Shown in pieces: positions 1-15,000 of a DNA stretch of 64,000 nt (position 1 is the first letter of the stretch; every line of letters starts with the position of its first letter). The notes under the pieces were generated by a model. It was not told the origin of the DNA. It searched no databases and was given only the letters and a program-made list of their open reading frames with translations. A program made the position numbers and the translations under genes. This stretch comes from Tubulanus polymorphus (taxonomy: Eukaryota; Animalia; Nemertea). The stretch covers positions 5,604,231-5,668,230 of the forward strand of contig NC_134033.1 in assembly GCF_964204645.1 (NCBI RefSeq), given 5' to 3'.

Positions 1-41
1 GCTGGACGATATCGCATTTTTGGAATGCGACTCTAGACCAG
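1..41 (+). CDS. Partial exon: C-terminal end of a MAM-like domain
   Basis: Reads LDDIAFLECDSRP (MAM-type [IA]LDDI...C ending), followed by phase-1 donor G|GTAAAG that matches the phase-1 acceptor at 950. Confidence 0.6.
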
Positions 42-3000
42 GTAAAGACAAAAATGTGCATAGATATACCTCCGCTTTAATTGGTAATTGTTTTTTATGT
101 CGATTGTTTGAAAAAAGTCCCCTTCGCATCAATCGGGCAAACGTTTCATGATTTCCGCAGGCATCGGTTTAAAGACACCCTACGTACACACCTTGTGTCG
201 GAAATATAGGGAAAACCATCAAGTAGAAATTTAACAAATGTTTGTTAGCCTCCGAAGCGCACCCCCTGTATGCTGATCGGAAGAAATGGCTGAATTATTG
301 CGTAGGCTTTGGTTAAAAAAAATCATCTAGGACTTTGAAATATCGGGTAGTCCCTCTGTAGGCAGATCAGGAGATATGGGAGCACCCCGTGTAGACATAT
401 CAGAAGAAATGTTTGAAATATTTTTCGGACTGTAGTCCGAACGGACCCCAACCAAATTTCAAAAAGTCTGGTAAAACCTGCAGGTCAGGCAGAAATATAA
501 AGCCACCTGTAGGCAGATCAGAAGAAATGGCTTTATTATTGTGTAGGCTTTGGTCATTAGATACCATATGACGAGTTTCAGGTTTTGGAAGCAATTCTAA
601 GTTGAATATGTCCGACGGACAACAATTTAAGAACGGAGTTAGGCCTAATTGACAATTTTGTGGAAAATTCCACGCCAGTGCGATGCATTACAAGCTTACC
701 GCTATATTGTGTCTACATTACCGCCATATCGTCAAATTGCATCTACGTTGATTTTAACTTACCAACCAATAGTTACCAGCTCGGAGTACCAGCGAAGTCC
801 ATCGATATTTGATACACCGCATTATGGCGTAAACGCGTTGAAAGGGATGAGATGACGGACCGATCGAGATCCCAATAACCCACTAGGTCCCCGAGCTGAA
901 GTATCTTTGTATTATCGGTTTGAAAGATCTGATTGCTTTTCTATTTCAGCGAGTTTAACCCCGGAGATTGTTTTGGAAGACGTAGAAATGGTCGACGTTC
1001 ACAACCAAGCTGTTTACATGACGTCACCGGACCCGGCGCTGCGCCCGCAGATCCTGCTCGATCGCGTGCATCTGCACCGGTTTTCGGGAATACACACGCC
1101 GCGAGTCATGCGCATAATTGACGCGTACACCTTGGAGTTCGGCGTCAAGAACGCCAACGTAACTCTACGTAACTTTGCGACGTACGACTTGAATCTACCG
1201 GGTATTCGCATTGACGCTTACGCGCTCGATCGTTCGAAATTCGAACTGGTCGGCTCGACCATCAACGGAACTCTCAACGCTGTTTTGTACGTCAACTACG
1301 GTTACCAGATCCCTTTCGAAGGCCGGTATCCGTTCGTTGCGCGTATTCGCAATTCTTCGATAACGGCGACGCGCGCAGAGCGGAAGAACTCGTTTACCAT
1401 CGCGATTATGTTCTACGGCGTCGCGTTGAATATCACGAATAGCCGCATCAACGAGAACCGTGGATACGGGGTGATGTTTGCGCACCGCACGGAGGCGACC
1501 ATCCGCGACAGTCAGCTGTTGTGGAATGCGCCGGCGAACTACTTGACGCAGAACAATCATGTCGTTCAACTCGAGTTCACGAGCGTTTCGATGGCGAATA
1601 GTTCGTTTTACAATCCGGGAACGACGAAACAGATTCAATGGCGGAATATGAACGGACAGAAAGTGAGCGTCGCGTGGAACTGGTGGGGACAGGCGTCTCA
1701 ATCGGCGGTCGGTAGCGTAATAAACGCAGCGACTCAGCACGGTTGGAGACCGACTATTGAATATTTACCGATCATTCCGTTTAACGACCCGGCGTATGAA
1801 TCAGGTGAGTAAACAAGCGACACCTACCATAAGTATAATCGGCTATCACCGCAGTAGTTGATACCCTATTGCGCACTGTCGACACCTGGTGGATCCTCAC
1901 TTGCCACAAGTGGAATCCTGTATTGCCACAGTAGTTGATGTCCTACTGCAAACTAGCGACACGCGCTGGTGAATTCTAACTTGCTGCAAGTGGAATCCAT
2001 GATTGCAACAGTAATTGATATCCTACTGCACACACACGACACCTGGTGGAGTTCACTTGCCACAAGTAAAATCCGTTATTGCTGCAGCAGATGATGCCCT
2101 AGACTTTAACCAATCGGCTCCTGAGAACCTCACTTGCCACAGGTAGAATCCTCTATAGCTGCAGTAGTTGAAGTCCTACTAGCCGGTCTTTACTGGCGAC
2201 AGTAACTCTGAGTATTTTCTTTTCAGTTATAATTTGTCCGATTGGTTGGTATATCTCGGGATCGAGTTGTTTGTTATATCATGGCGGGGCCATGTCATTT
2301 TCGAACGCTTTCAAAACTTGCGCGGTAAGGTTTTTAGAATACCATTCAAAAGTAGTCTGCCCTCATTTCATGACAGGAAATGAATTCGTTTTTTTTTTAG
2401 AAATACGCCGGCGGTTCCCCTTTGAAATCAACCAGCGTCGCTAGGGCAAAACATTTATGGCAGAATACCGTCGACCAGTCGGACAAAATTTGGATCGTAG
2501 CGGAGCAGGTGAATAAAACATTCGCAAATTAAAAAAATGTTGATTGAAAACCTAGATCCAGAGTCAAAATCCCATAACTGTGTAGCTGGGTTCAGAGTCA
2601 AATTGAAACTACACCACCGTGGAACAGGTTCCACAGTTGAAACGAGCCCGCAAACTAGCGGAGCTAAGTTCTGAGTAAAAATCCACACAACTTTCGAACT
2701 GGATTTACAGTTGAAATAAACCCACAAAACTTGGAGCTAAAATCCAATCAGCGACATTGCACCCGCACTGTTGTGTTACTTGATCCAGAGTTATAATCAT
2801 ACCTGAATATATTGTGGAACTAGATTCAGAGTAAAATCTAACCCACAAAATCGTGATACTGAATCGCAAAAAGACCTTTAAGATCTCTAATCATGTTTTT
2901 AGGATGTTGATTCTTGCTACACTCGCTCTGTATTCGGTGATGACCTGAGTAATTCGGTAGATTGTAACAGTCTATATCCGTTCATCTGTGACCTCGTCCG

Positions 3001-6000
3001 TGGTGAGTTCGCCTAACACCCCTTTGCTTATTGCACTCGGGAGACCTGACTTCAGAGTCTGAATACTGTCTGTCATACAAACTCCCCGTGACCCGTAATT
3101 TCATTGATAATCAGTTGATCTGTGTTCTGTATGCATCACTTTGTTCAATCAGGATTTTGCATTCAAAAATAAACTTTGAATTCATATGAATGGGTTTTTA
3201 TCTATAATCGGCGATAGTTTACTCAGCATACGCCCGCGTAATGCTGAAAATCTGCTTTTGTCCCCGTATTGTGGCGCCACCTATATCGTTGTGTTATGCT
3301 TATGAATAGGCCACGACGTCATAGCAGCATCTAGCATTATGGGAGCGTAAGCTGAGTATCGCTGATTAATGAAAAGAAAAACAACTTTTGGAAAAATCGT
3401 TGTTTATTTCTGAAGGCAAATTGCTTCCGGAATAAATCGATGCATAGACAAGTAGATAAGCCGATCATCAACGAAATGAAAAAACGTCGCACGAAGAACG
3501 TGTGTGTGCCGTACGTACAGTAGTTTTTTTGGAATGTGACTCCTGACATAGCGAGCCCAACATTTCTAACCGCTTGATTTTTCTTCCATCTAGACACGCC
3601 TCCGCAATTGTTCCGGTAATGGAATTTGCATCGGGCAGAAGTGCGTCTGCGCTCAAGGTTTCCACGGCGACGCTTGTAACGGCTTCGATTGTTCGGCCGT
3701 TCAAAACTGTAATGGCCACGGAAAGTGCGTCGCCGCCAATACGTGTAAATGTGACCCGGGCTGGCGTGTAAGTTTGGAACATGTATACCTTTTGAATTTT
3801 CATAATCCGTTCACTGCTAAAACTTTCCTACCTTTGAATGCTGAGGCAAAGACTGAGACAGCTATGCATCTAGCCCCGTAGTGCGGCGTAACGTAGTAAT
3901 AGGAAGTGCTTCTACGAAGCTGTGCGGTGAATTTACTAACTGCAAAAATGTTTGACAGGTGCGGCCATCTTGCAATAAGGATTTTAACTAATTTAGATAA
4001 CATCGGTACAATTTACCATGACACAAAATTGTAGGTGGTAGACGTAATCTAGGTTGGTGGATTAGGCCTATACACATTATGGTAGACATAATTTAGGGTT
4101 GGTGAATTATACACTGCATCACTCCGAATACGTAATGTAAAAAGGTTAAATTATACACTGCACCACGGGACACACTTTATAAGGGGTTGGTGGATTGTAC
4201 ACCGCCCCACGGGGTATACTTTATATGGGGCTGGTCGATAGTACATCGCACCATGGGGTAGACGTTATTTGGGGCTGGTTGATAGTATATCGCACCATGG
4301 GGTAGACGTTATTTGGGGCTGGTTGATTGTACATCGCACCATGGGGTAGACGTTATTATGGGCTGGTTGATAATACATCGCACCACGGGTTAGATGTAAT
4401 ACGGAGTTGGTGGATTATACACCGAACAACGGGGTGGTCGTAATTAGGGTTTGATGTATTATACACGGCACCACGGGGCAGACGTACTACGAGGTATGTG
4501 GATAATATACCGCACACGGGGTATACGTAATAATTGGTTGGTGAATTATACATTGCATCACGCGGTAGACATAAGTTTGGGTTGGTGGAGTATACACCGT
4601 GCCAAGGGGTAGACGTAGTAAGGGGTTGGTGAATTTCATCACAATACGGTTTAGACGTAATTTATTGTCTGTCACATATGCTCTCCTTGCGACGTTTGGA
4701 TCCATAATTTCGTTAATAATCAAATTATCTGTGGATATTACGCATCAATTTGTTCAAAAAGGGATATGCATTCAGAAATGAATTATGAATTAGCCTAAAT
4801 TTGCTTTTGTATTCATGTTTCAGCGAAAGTTTACCTTGCATACGTTCAACGCGTGACGCCGAAAAACGGCTTTTGCGTTGTGACGTCATAACAACCTCTC
4901 TGGGTGTCCGCGGAGTGGTTTTTTCAGCATTACGTGAGCCGTGTGCCGAGGGAACTATCGCTGATAAATGAAAACAAAAACAACTTTAGTAAAAATCGTT
5001 GTTTATTTCTGAACGCAAGTTCCTAACTGATCATATCGATGCATAATGAAGCTTGATCAACCGATTATTAACGACATTACGGATCAAAACGTCGCGCGGA
5101 GACCATGTGTGACAGAGATTAGGGCGGATGGATTATACACCGCACCGCGGTGTTAGTGTAATTAGGGGTGGAGATTATACACTGCATTATGGGGTAGACA
5201 CAATTGAGGTTGGGCAGATTATGCACTGCACCACCAGGAAGACGTAACTTACGGTTGGTGGATTATAGGGGTAGGCACAATTTAGGACGGGCGGATCATA
5301 CACTGTGCCTCGGGTAATATACGATTAAGGGTTGGTGGACTATACACCGCATCATGGGGACGTCACAATATAAGATGTTTGCATTACATACCACACCGCG
5401 GGGTAGGCACTATTCATGGTGGTTGGGTAATACAACACACGGTGGGGTAGATGTACAAAAAAGCATTCACGTCAACGGTGTTTATTTCCAGGGATTGGCC
5501 TGTCAAATCGACGACTGTTTAGCTCATGATTGCACGTCGTGCTTAAGAAAACCCGGCTGCGGTTTCTGCGCGTACCCGTTGTCTACCGGGTTCACGGAGT
5601 ATCGCTGCATCGCCGGAGATGACCACGGTGCGTACGAGCAGACAACATTCCGACACGATGAATTCAAACACTGCGTCAGCGGCGTCGCCTGGTTTAAACA
5701 CAGTTGCATTACTATCAATAAATTAAACCAACAAAACGGCTGCGTCTTCAACAGAGGAGTAACGGTGCGTATATGATGTATAATCGTATGTAATAAAAAT
5801 GACAATGATGACGTTGATGAAGATGGCAAAATTAACTGCCTTAAATGCACCGCGAAGGCCTTCAAAAATAAAAAGAGCATTTCTTTTTAGTTCCCGTTTT
5901 GTCCTAATTCCTGCATGAATATAAAAACAGTTCACCATAGACAAACGTCACTGAATCGCATTTGGCTATGAGTAAAAATGTCAATTATTTTTCAAATAAA

Positions 6001-9000
6001 ACCGAATCTTACATACAAAATCAAGAGCTTTGAGTCCTGAGACTCAATCAATAGTTTACATGATTCAAATATCTGTAGTTGATATGAGAAATTGAGTCTC
6101 AGGATGCACGTTCAAAAATTAGTTTGAGGTAATATTTGTATCGGGTCTTAACATGCATTTTAGGAATTGCAATATTGATATGATAAGAAATTAGATTCGA
6201 GGCTTGAGACTTATTTTGGTATCTGAAAAAATGGAATTATAATGGTTAGCTTGAACCTTCGAGTAAGCGCCCCGGTTCGTTTCTAATTTATTTAGTGAAT
6301 TCCATCTTCAGAGAACAAGGAACAAGTTCCATGGTCACGGCTTATATTTAAGACCAGTGTAAGACCAACTTCGTTCTATAGCTAATCTAAAAACTAAAGA
6401 CCAGTCTTGAGATTTGAAATAACTGTTTATCGACTGAAGACACGTCGACCGTAAAACTGGACCAAGGACTGTTGGCTTACTTTTTCTCTGAAGATAGGTC
6501 ACTCAGATAAATCTCAATACAGTCAGATGGATAAACTTTGAAATATCATCATTTTCGGATTATTCGTTACTGTAGCCTATATGCGTATGACTTCAATTTG
6601 ACTCTGGGCGCATAAAACCGCTGAGTGTGTGACTCGGTTTTATTCTTTCAGTCGCTGAACTGCTCAGAAGTATCGTGCGACACTAGGTGGCAGTTCTATA
6701 CACCCGAAACATGCCAAAACTGTAAAGACTTCGACAATTGTTTCAAGACCGAAAATGTCAGCGAGGTAAGTGCGGAGTCAGACTACGTTGTGTGTGTTGC
6801 TCGATTCAAAATCAGGGTTCGCGCATGCCCTTAAATCCCAAAGTACTATATATAATACAAAAAAAAAGTTTTCATCGTTTAGAAATTTATGCGAAGTTTA
6901 TTAGATGTTTTTTGGCTAATTTAAGCCTAAATAAGCTGCCTGACGGACATATAGAGTCAATAACTGCCCTACAGCCATATTGAACATAAAACAACTAGAA
7001 AGCACGAAATGATCCTGGAAAATCCCATCTAACGAATCGAGTTGGGTTGAAAGATTGTACAAGTTTGAAAACCAGCCAAAAATTGTGCAAGTATTTTTTT
7101 TTTGTTTCGTTTAAGAACAAAAAGTGTTCGTCATGGAACAGCACAAAATGTCCAGGAGGATTCATCCGACCGGATTACTCCGACTCCAGTCGAATACTGA
7201 ATACCGTTTTCAAAGACGGAGTGAAATCGATCGCCGCCGATCAGGCGACCGTTTTTAAATGTCCGGTGACGATCGGATCGTCTGACTCGTCGATTCTCGT
7301 CGTCGATCGACCGATGAAGAATTTGACGAGAGGCGACGTCATCGTTAGTTCACAAGCAGACGGCGTTTTTCACAAAATCGACGCCGTTAACATTCTAGGT
7401 AAGTTCAGAATACTGATGTTCCACCTATGACATCATCATCGAATCGCTGTATTTTGACTGTGTCATTAAAAGTTGAAACTCCGTGGTTACGACCGAGCTT
7501 AAGATGTTACATTGGCTGTATAAGATGTTAGATGGTTTTAAAGTCTCAGCCATGCCTTGTCGCACCAGTCGTTACTAAGTCGAGAAACATTTTGCAGTCA
7601 TGACTTCCACGAGTCCATATGCGATCATAAATAATAAGACTACTCTTTAGTTGGTAGATTGACTAAAGAAACAAGATGGTCTTACCGTGGTATTCAATCA
7701 AAGCCTTGATTGTGTTACTATAGCAAATGGCCCATGGAAGCATGATGTCAGAGCCGGACTTAACTGTTTTCATCATCAATTTCCTGTTTTAGCTGCCTTC
7801 ATGTGGTTCCCCTTATGATATTATCCATTTCCTTGGCTTTGATTATTGCAGTGTTAACCCTACTCATCATTGAAATGCTTTACCCAGGTCATGATTTTGT
7901 TCTTCGAGAAGATTGTTTTCTACTTAAAATCATCCCATGACTTCATCAAATTACCAATTGGTGATTTTTCTATATTAACCATCGAAAATATACTATCGAT
8001 AATTGATAAATAATACACTCAAATTCTCCCTATGACATCATCAAATTGACTAGATCAGAAACTCCTTGGTAAAAAGCAAGCATTGAATGTTTAGCATCCG
8101 ATAAATGGATTTCTAGTTTAGAAACTCCCCCGAAATAGTGATGTCATAGGGGGATATGAAATGAGAATATCATGTTTTGCAGACGATAAATTGACGATAA
8201 TGCAGGGAGATATGGCTCGAATCGAGGACGTTATCAAATACGCCGATTTCCAACAGAACGTCGATTTGATCGAGATTAACGATCCGCGAACGATAGAGTC
8301 TCTTCCGAGTAAAGTCGTCATCGATTCCGGGGCGGTTACAAACACCAGTAATAACAGCGTCGTACATCACATCAAATCAGGTAAAATATATACACAAGAC
8401 ATTTACCTTTAAAAGGGGGGGGGGGGGTGATAATTCTCCTAGCGGGTATTTAGATATACCCTCTGCAAATTTACTAACCATAGTTTTGATGACGGAACAT
8501 ACCCCGCGACTTGTTAGGGCGCTTCTATATGCCAAGAAAAAGTCATAAATTCCAAAGATTTCTCGGGCAGATCCGAACCAAGATTATTGGATTCAAGCAT
8601 GTTTTTCTAGCATTTTCTCCATCCCCTTATATACCGCCCTAGCATCGCCCATGCAAGGTCATGATGTTGCCTTTAGTAATCGAGGAGAGTATTAGGTCAA
8701 GCCAAATCGTCCAAACTATATCCTTTTCCGCAATATGAAAGATAGAGAATCTGCTATTTAGAGTGATTGGGGGGGGGGGGGGTCCTGGATCCAGCTCTGA
8801 ATCCCCAAATGTAAAAAAAAAATCCGGGACAATGTTCTCTGGACGACTTAGTATCTCTATTAGCTCCCTGTTCAATAACGAACGCTTCACTAACAACACG
8901 TAGCGTACGTACATATGGCTGAAAGTAAATTTTGAAGCTTAGCAGCCTAACAGTAATTTATCTTCGGTCCAAGTACCTCGAGTATAAGTATATGTAGCCT

Positions 9001-12000
9001 AACCGATGCCGCTTCTTTTCGGCAAAGTGTAATCACGAAAATTTCAAATCCAACTTTGAATTTCAGGTAAAACCGCGTACAAGTGTGTTGGCCACGAATA
9101 CGCCCTGTCGTCTGGTCGTAAGGTCTACACGTACGTCGTCGTTCTGCCGGCTGCCGAGACGACCGGTCAAACGTACGTCACTGGTGACGTCATCATCGGT
9201 AGTCATAGCGACGGTTACCTGGAGACGGTCGATAAACTAACAATGACCAGTGTCGGGTCATTTTTCACCACGAGGCTCGTTGATTGCGGCACCACTGGCT
9301 CGATTCAGACTGTCACGAAAACGTAAGCGCAGATTGAGATTAGAAAAATGTCGTATGAAACTGTACTCTATTTCACTTTTAAGGCCAGGTTCCATCGTCG
9401 AGAATCCAAAAGTGCCCTTGGAACTTACGATTGGTCGCAGAACCAAAATGAGCTTGGACTCGTCATATGTTGATTTGGTTGTAAAAGAAAACCGGGCTCA
9501 GACTGGTCTTACGTAATTGTAAGATTTGTTATAGATCCAAGATGAAGTGAGACCTTGATTAATGAATCGTTAGATAAGTTATAGAACCAAGATGGACTGG
9601 TCTTCAGTTGTTAGAATGGCTATAAAAACAAAAAAAGGTTTAGACTGGTCTTAAGTTGTTAGATTAGAATCAAGATGAGGTGAGGTCACACTTAATTAAG
9701 CTGTTAGATCAGTTATGGAGCTAGAATAGTCGTAGACTGGTGCTAGATCCTCAGTTGCCATGACTGTACATCATGGCTCACTCCGACAGTCATGTAACTA
9801 TAAGCGCAGATTGGGACTAGAAACATATCGATTGAATATCGAATGAAAATGCATCGTTCTTTTCCTCCTGGGGCCAAGACAAAGGTCCGAAAGTGGTCTT
9901 AAATGTCTAGATCGGTCTTAAGTTGTTGCGTTAGCTAAAGATGTTCTTTGAATTGTCTTAAAAGCCCTGCCGATGAAATCGACGATAACCAGCTATACGG
10001 TCCTAAAACATACGGCTCGTCTTAAGATGTTACATTAGCCGATGTTTTTAGACTGGTCGTAAGTCTAAGCCATGCCTATGGAAATGGCCATGAACCTTGC
10101 ACCACCAGTTTTTACCACGTCGAGAAGATAATTTAAAGTCATGACTTATTTCCATAAGAATGGTCTTTAGTTGGTAGATTGACTATGTATTTAGTTGGTA
10201 GATTTACTATGGAACCATTATGGTCACAAACTGTGGGATAGGCGGGATAGGCCAAGGTCATGTTTATTTGAAGCATTTTGAATTGTTTTTATAAGCGTTA
10301 CCTCGGCGAAAGTAGCATTGAGTTGTGTAGGCGGTAACAACTGGCCTTCGATGTATCTGCTAGACGAAGGACAAACGGTAACCATCGGAGATTTAATGTC
10401 GCTCAGATCAGCGGAACCAATCGCTGGGCAGGTAGGAAAACATCCGTTTCCTCCGTTTAAGCAAGTTAGGTAGATATCTGTGAAAATTCACCCTTATTCT
10501 GCCTTTTGTGATAATTGCCATGGAAACAAGGATCCAGTTCCACAGTTGTGAGTTAGTGTTAACTCTGAGTTAAAGTTAGTTCATTTTCAAAGAGTTAACT
10601 CAAGAGTTAAATCTTAACTCAGAACTGTGGAACTGGAACAAGGTATGTAGTTCAAATTTCAGATGCCTCCACATCTAGAAATTATACCTATCTTCATGGC
10701 AAGTTTCATGCTTTTATCACAAGAGGCACAATGTTTTCACTTATCTTCCCTACTATATCGGCCTACCGTATCATAATGATATAAACTTCTAGAAATAGCT
10801 GACACTAGATCTTTGAAAATGTTTTTGATTAAAGTTAGCGTAGTGAAGCTAGGCATATAGTAATCAAAGAAAAAAAATGACTGCCATCACGACATCTAAG
10901 TTGGTAAATACTTGTCATATTAAGTGAACGTTTGTGATTTCTTGGATAATTTATGGAGGAAGCCATGTTATACTGCATTAATTGGTGATATCATAGGGGG
11001 ATTCGTAGAGTATACTTCCGCTGTTTGTATACAAGAACGCACGAGGGAAATCTCTCCAACAAAGTTGACGCTCGTTTAACGGAAAAATCGTCCTGCTTAC
11101 TCGTTGGAAATGATAGTATTGATGCTCAGTGAAACGAACATGTAAGAATATACTGCTTCTATCTCATCCGTTAATGCTGTAATTAGAACTTTAAACTCTC
11201 AAAGCCTCCAAATTTGAACTTGGTTATTTCCACACGGCCATATATAAACGTTCAGTACAGAGATTCAACACAATCACTCGTTCCGCTTGACTGCGTTTAC
11301 AGCTTGTAACACTGACTATAAACCGCTAAAATGGGGCCTAAACCACGAGGAGTCAATTCGACAGTAAATACTGCACCCAAAAAAAGTCACAAAATTTGAA
11401 ATGTAAATCGGTGGCAACTCCTAAAGATAGTGCTAGTAAGCAGACGGAAACAGAGCAGCCTTCTACTGAGGAAAACCGCAAAAAAAGAGATCGCTCAGAA
11501 GGCTCCCTAAATACCTCTGGCGACGCTCCCAATCCATCAAAAAATGCGCAACAGAGGATCATATGGGCAGTGAGAGCGAATATCAAACAGACGCCGAGGA
11601 TGATGAAATCTCCAACAAAATGCTACTAAATGAGATACGCAAGATGAAAATTACTCTCGAAAGGAAGATCGATTGTAAGTTTAATCAGCTCAAACAAGAG
11701 ATGGAGTTATACAAAACTGAAATCGAAAAAAAACATTGATTTCCAAATACAAAATGCGAAAGACGAACTGAGAACCGAACTAAGAAACGAATTCAGTAGC
11801 AAAATATGCGATTTAGAAAAAACAACTACACGTCAGCCGAGTGGTCAAAGATTGCGATTGCTCGAAGACCGTCTAATCGACCAAGAAGCGAGAGCACGCC
11901 GTAGCAACCTTGTTTTTGTAGGAGTGCCAGAATCAGATATGAATTGCGAATTACAAATTCGCGAATCGCTTATAAATTCATTTCAGATGGATAGAACACA

Positions 12001-15000
12001 GGTTACAAATATGGTATTCCAGCGAGCACATAGGAACCCTACTTACGTGGGCCCAAACACCAAGTTGCCGCGATCTATAACCGTTAAGTTTAGAGATTAT
12101 TGCGATCGCACTTCAGTCTATCAAGCGCGGAAAAATGCAATTACAGATACGAAAATCCGAATTTATGAGGATTTTCCACTGGAAATACGAGCGAAACGCA
12201 AAATTCTCCTCGATAAGCTACGTGAAATCAAAGCGAAAGAACCCCACGTGAAAGCATTTGTTACGTATGATAGGTTAGTGTATAAATCAGATTCATTCAA
12301 AGTTATCGATAGCGAAATAGTGAAAGTTACGCGTTGGTCACCAGTGGGTAACGGAAAACCAAACATGAGATCACCACCGACAGGAGCGAATACGCACAGC
12401 CGAAGCCTGGCCGATCAGGCAGTCCGAAACCCCACTATCGCCGCAGAACACCAACCGAAAAACCAACAAAAACCGGTGGACAATCCGACACCAACGGCAG
12501 AAAACCCGATGGACAGCACAAAAACAAAGACACCCTCTGTTAACGAAATGTTAGAGCCTGATGATACGATGCTCACCCTAGATCAACCGTTAAATCCCAA
12601 ATCCCCCAATGCGAATAACAATCTCATCGATCTAAGCGATATAATTTCGAATGCGCGAGCCGCGTTAGAAAGCGAATAGGAAACTGTCGAGCGTAACATA
12701 CAATCGTCTGGCCTTCCTAACTTTGATAAGTTGCGGTTATATAGTTTAAACGTCGGTGGATTAAAAACAAAGATAGACTCCTTGGATTTCAACAACTTTT
12801 GTACACTCGCAGATATTATTGTATTAACAGAAACTAAAATTGATGAAACAGACGAATTATGGGTCAAAGAATATTTTGATACGCTTGGTTTCTATGTGGT
12901 AATGAACAATAGATTTAAATTAGCTCTGAGAAAATCGGGGGGTATATTAATTGCCATAAGGAAAGATCTTAATAGCTATGTTAAAGTTCTACCAAAAACA
13001 TCAAGCCATGTACTTTGGGTTGAACTGAATAAGTCGTACTTAGGTTGGGATAAAAACCTGACCTTGGGAGGTGTATACATACCACCGGTGTCGAGTAGTT
13101 ACGGAAGAAATGTTTGACCAACTAGATACAGATATGATTAATTTAACGTCAGATAATAATACATTTATTTGTTTATGCGGCGACTTTAATGCATATACTA
13201 AAGAGTTACCGGATTACGTTGTGCATGATGAAAATTTGATTAATATTCTAGCTATAAATGAGATATTCCATGAATCTGCTAATAGTCTAGCTGTAATGAT
13301 AAATGGTGGTTTTTTAAGCAGAAAAAATAAGGACAAATACGTGAATAACTGGGGTTATCGATTATTAGAGCTGTGTAAAAATCATAATATATTTGTAGCA
13401 AATGGAAGATTAGGAAAAGATCAGGGCGTTGGAGAATTTACTTGTGTAAAGGGCGTAAATCATCATGTTGTGGATTATATTTTAATGTCAGCTGAACTTT
13501 TCACGAAATGCTCTGATTTTAATGTTATGGACTTTGACCGTATACTGTCCGATGTTCATTGTGCTATTTATTGTACTCTAGCCTCAGATTGTAATATTTA
13601 AAGGAATGAGTTTCTACCATCCAGAGAGAAGGGCAAAATCCGGTGGTCAAAAGATAAAGAGGGTCTCTTTAGGAATGCTATTGACCAACAGAAATTAAGT
13701 CAGTTAAATCTTGATCTAAACGATAACAAAATAAATTGTGAAACTGCGAATAATATTTTAACGGAGACATTGATTGGAGCTTCCGAACGTACAATGGGTA
13801 GAAAAAAGATTGTTTCAAAAAATAATCGTAAAAAGCCGTTTTTATCTGACCCTGAAGTTTTAAAACACCGAAAATGTTATAGGCGAGCAAGAAAGAGCTG
13901 TAAAAGACACCCAACACCACAACGAAGAACACACATGAATTTGGCTTATAGGAAATACAATTTGGCTATTAAAAAAGCGAAACAAAAATACCTTTTGGAT
14001 CAAAATAACCTTTTGAAAAAACTGTCGAAAACCGATCCAAGAGCTTATTGGAAGTTTTTTTCTAAAGCCAAACAATATGTTTGTAAAGCCTCCCTATCTG
14101 ACCTTTTTCATCATTTTCAAAACTAAATCAAATACCAACAGACGACGACGATGATAGTAATTATTTTGATGTAAATAACTTTATCGATGTTGACAATGAC
14201 GACGCCCTCAATCGAGTCATTACGGAATCGGAAATTTCTAAATGTATAAAGAAACTTAAGAATAACAAGGCACCTGGATGTGACGAGATACTGAACGAAT
14301 TCCTTAAAACCTCTGAAGATATAATAATGCCCACTTTAGTCAATCTCTTTAATAAGGTCCTGGAAACTGGGATTATCCCTGAGAACTGGACAATTGGTAA
14401 AGTTACACCTATTTTTAAGAACAAAGGCGAGCCACGTGATCCGGACAATTATCGGGGAATCACATTACTGAGTTGTATTAGTAAGTTATTCACAAGTATA
14501 TTAAACGATCGTCTCCATGAATTTCTTGAATCAAATGAACTCCTGAATAGAAATCAAGCCGGATTTCGAAAAAATCATAGCATTTTGGATCACATTTTCA
14601 CCCTTCACTCAGTAATTGACACCCTTTTTAGTAAGAAGCGAAAGCTCTATTGTATTTTTATTGACAACCAAAAGGCATTTGATACAATATGGCGAAAGGC
14701 ACTGTGGCACAAACTTATCTCAACAGGTATCACCGGAAATATCCTAAACGTAATTCATAATATGTATAAACATATCAAATCCATGGTTCACGTGCAGGGT
14801 CAATCCTCAGGTTGTTTTCTTAGTAACATAGGATTGAGACAAGGGGAAAATTTATCGCCAGTGCTTTTTTCTATATTTGTCAATGACCTTGAGGCTTCAT
14901 TAATTGAAAGTGGTTGTCAAGGGATTTCATCTCCCTTCGAAAACGAAGATCTATGGGTTCAGCTACTAGTTCTGCTGTACGCAGATGATACGATCTTATT

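Noticed and set aside
1195-1740. 181-aa antisense ORF and other ORFs antisense to exons
   Set aside because: Shadows of GC-richer coding exons on the + strand; no motifs of their own.
7329-7337. RGD integrin-binding motif
   Set aside because: It is part of the xGD[VL][IM] structural repeat (TGD and IGD in the sister repeats), so probably coincidental.
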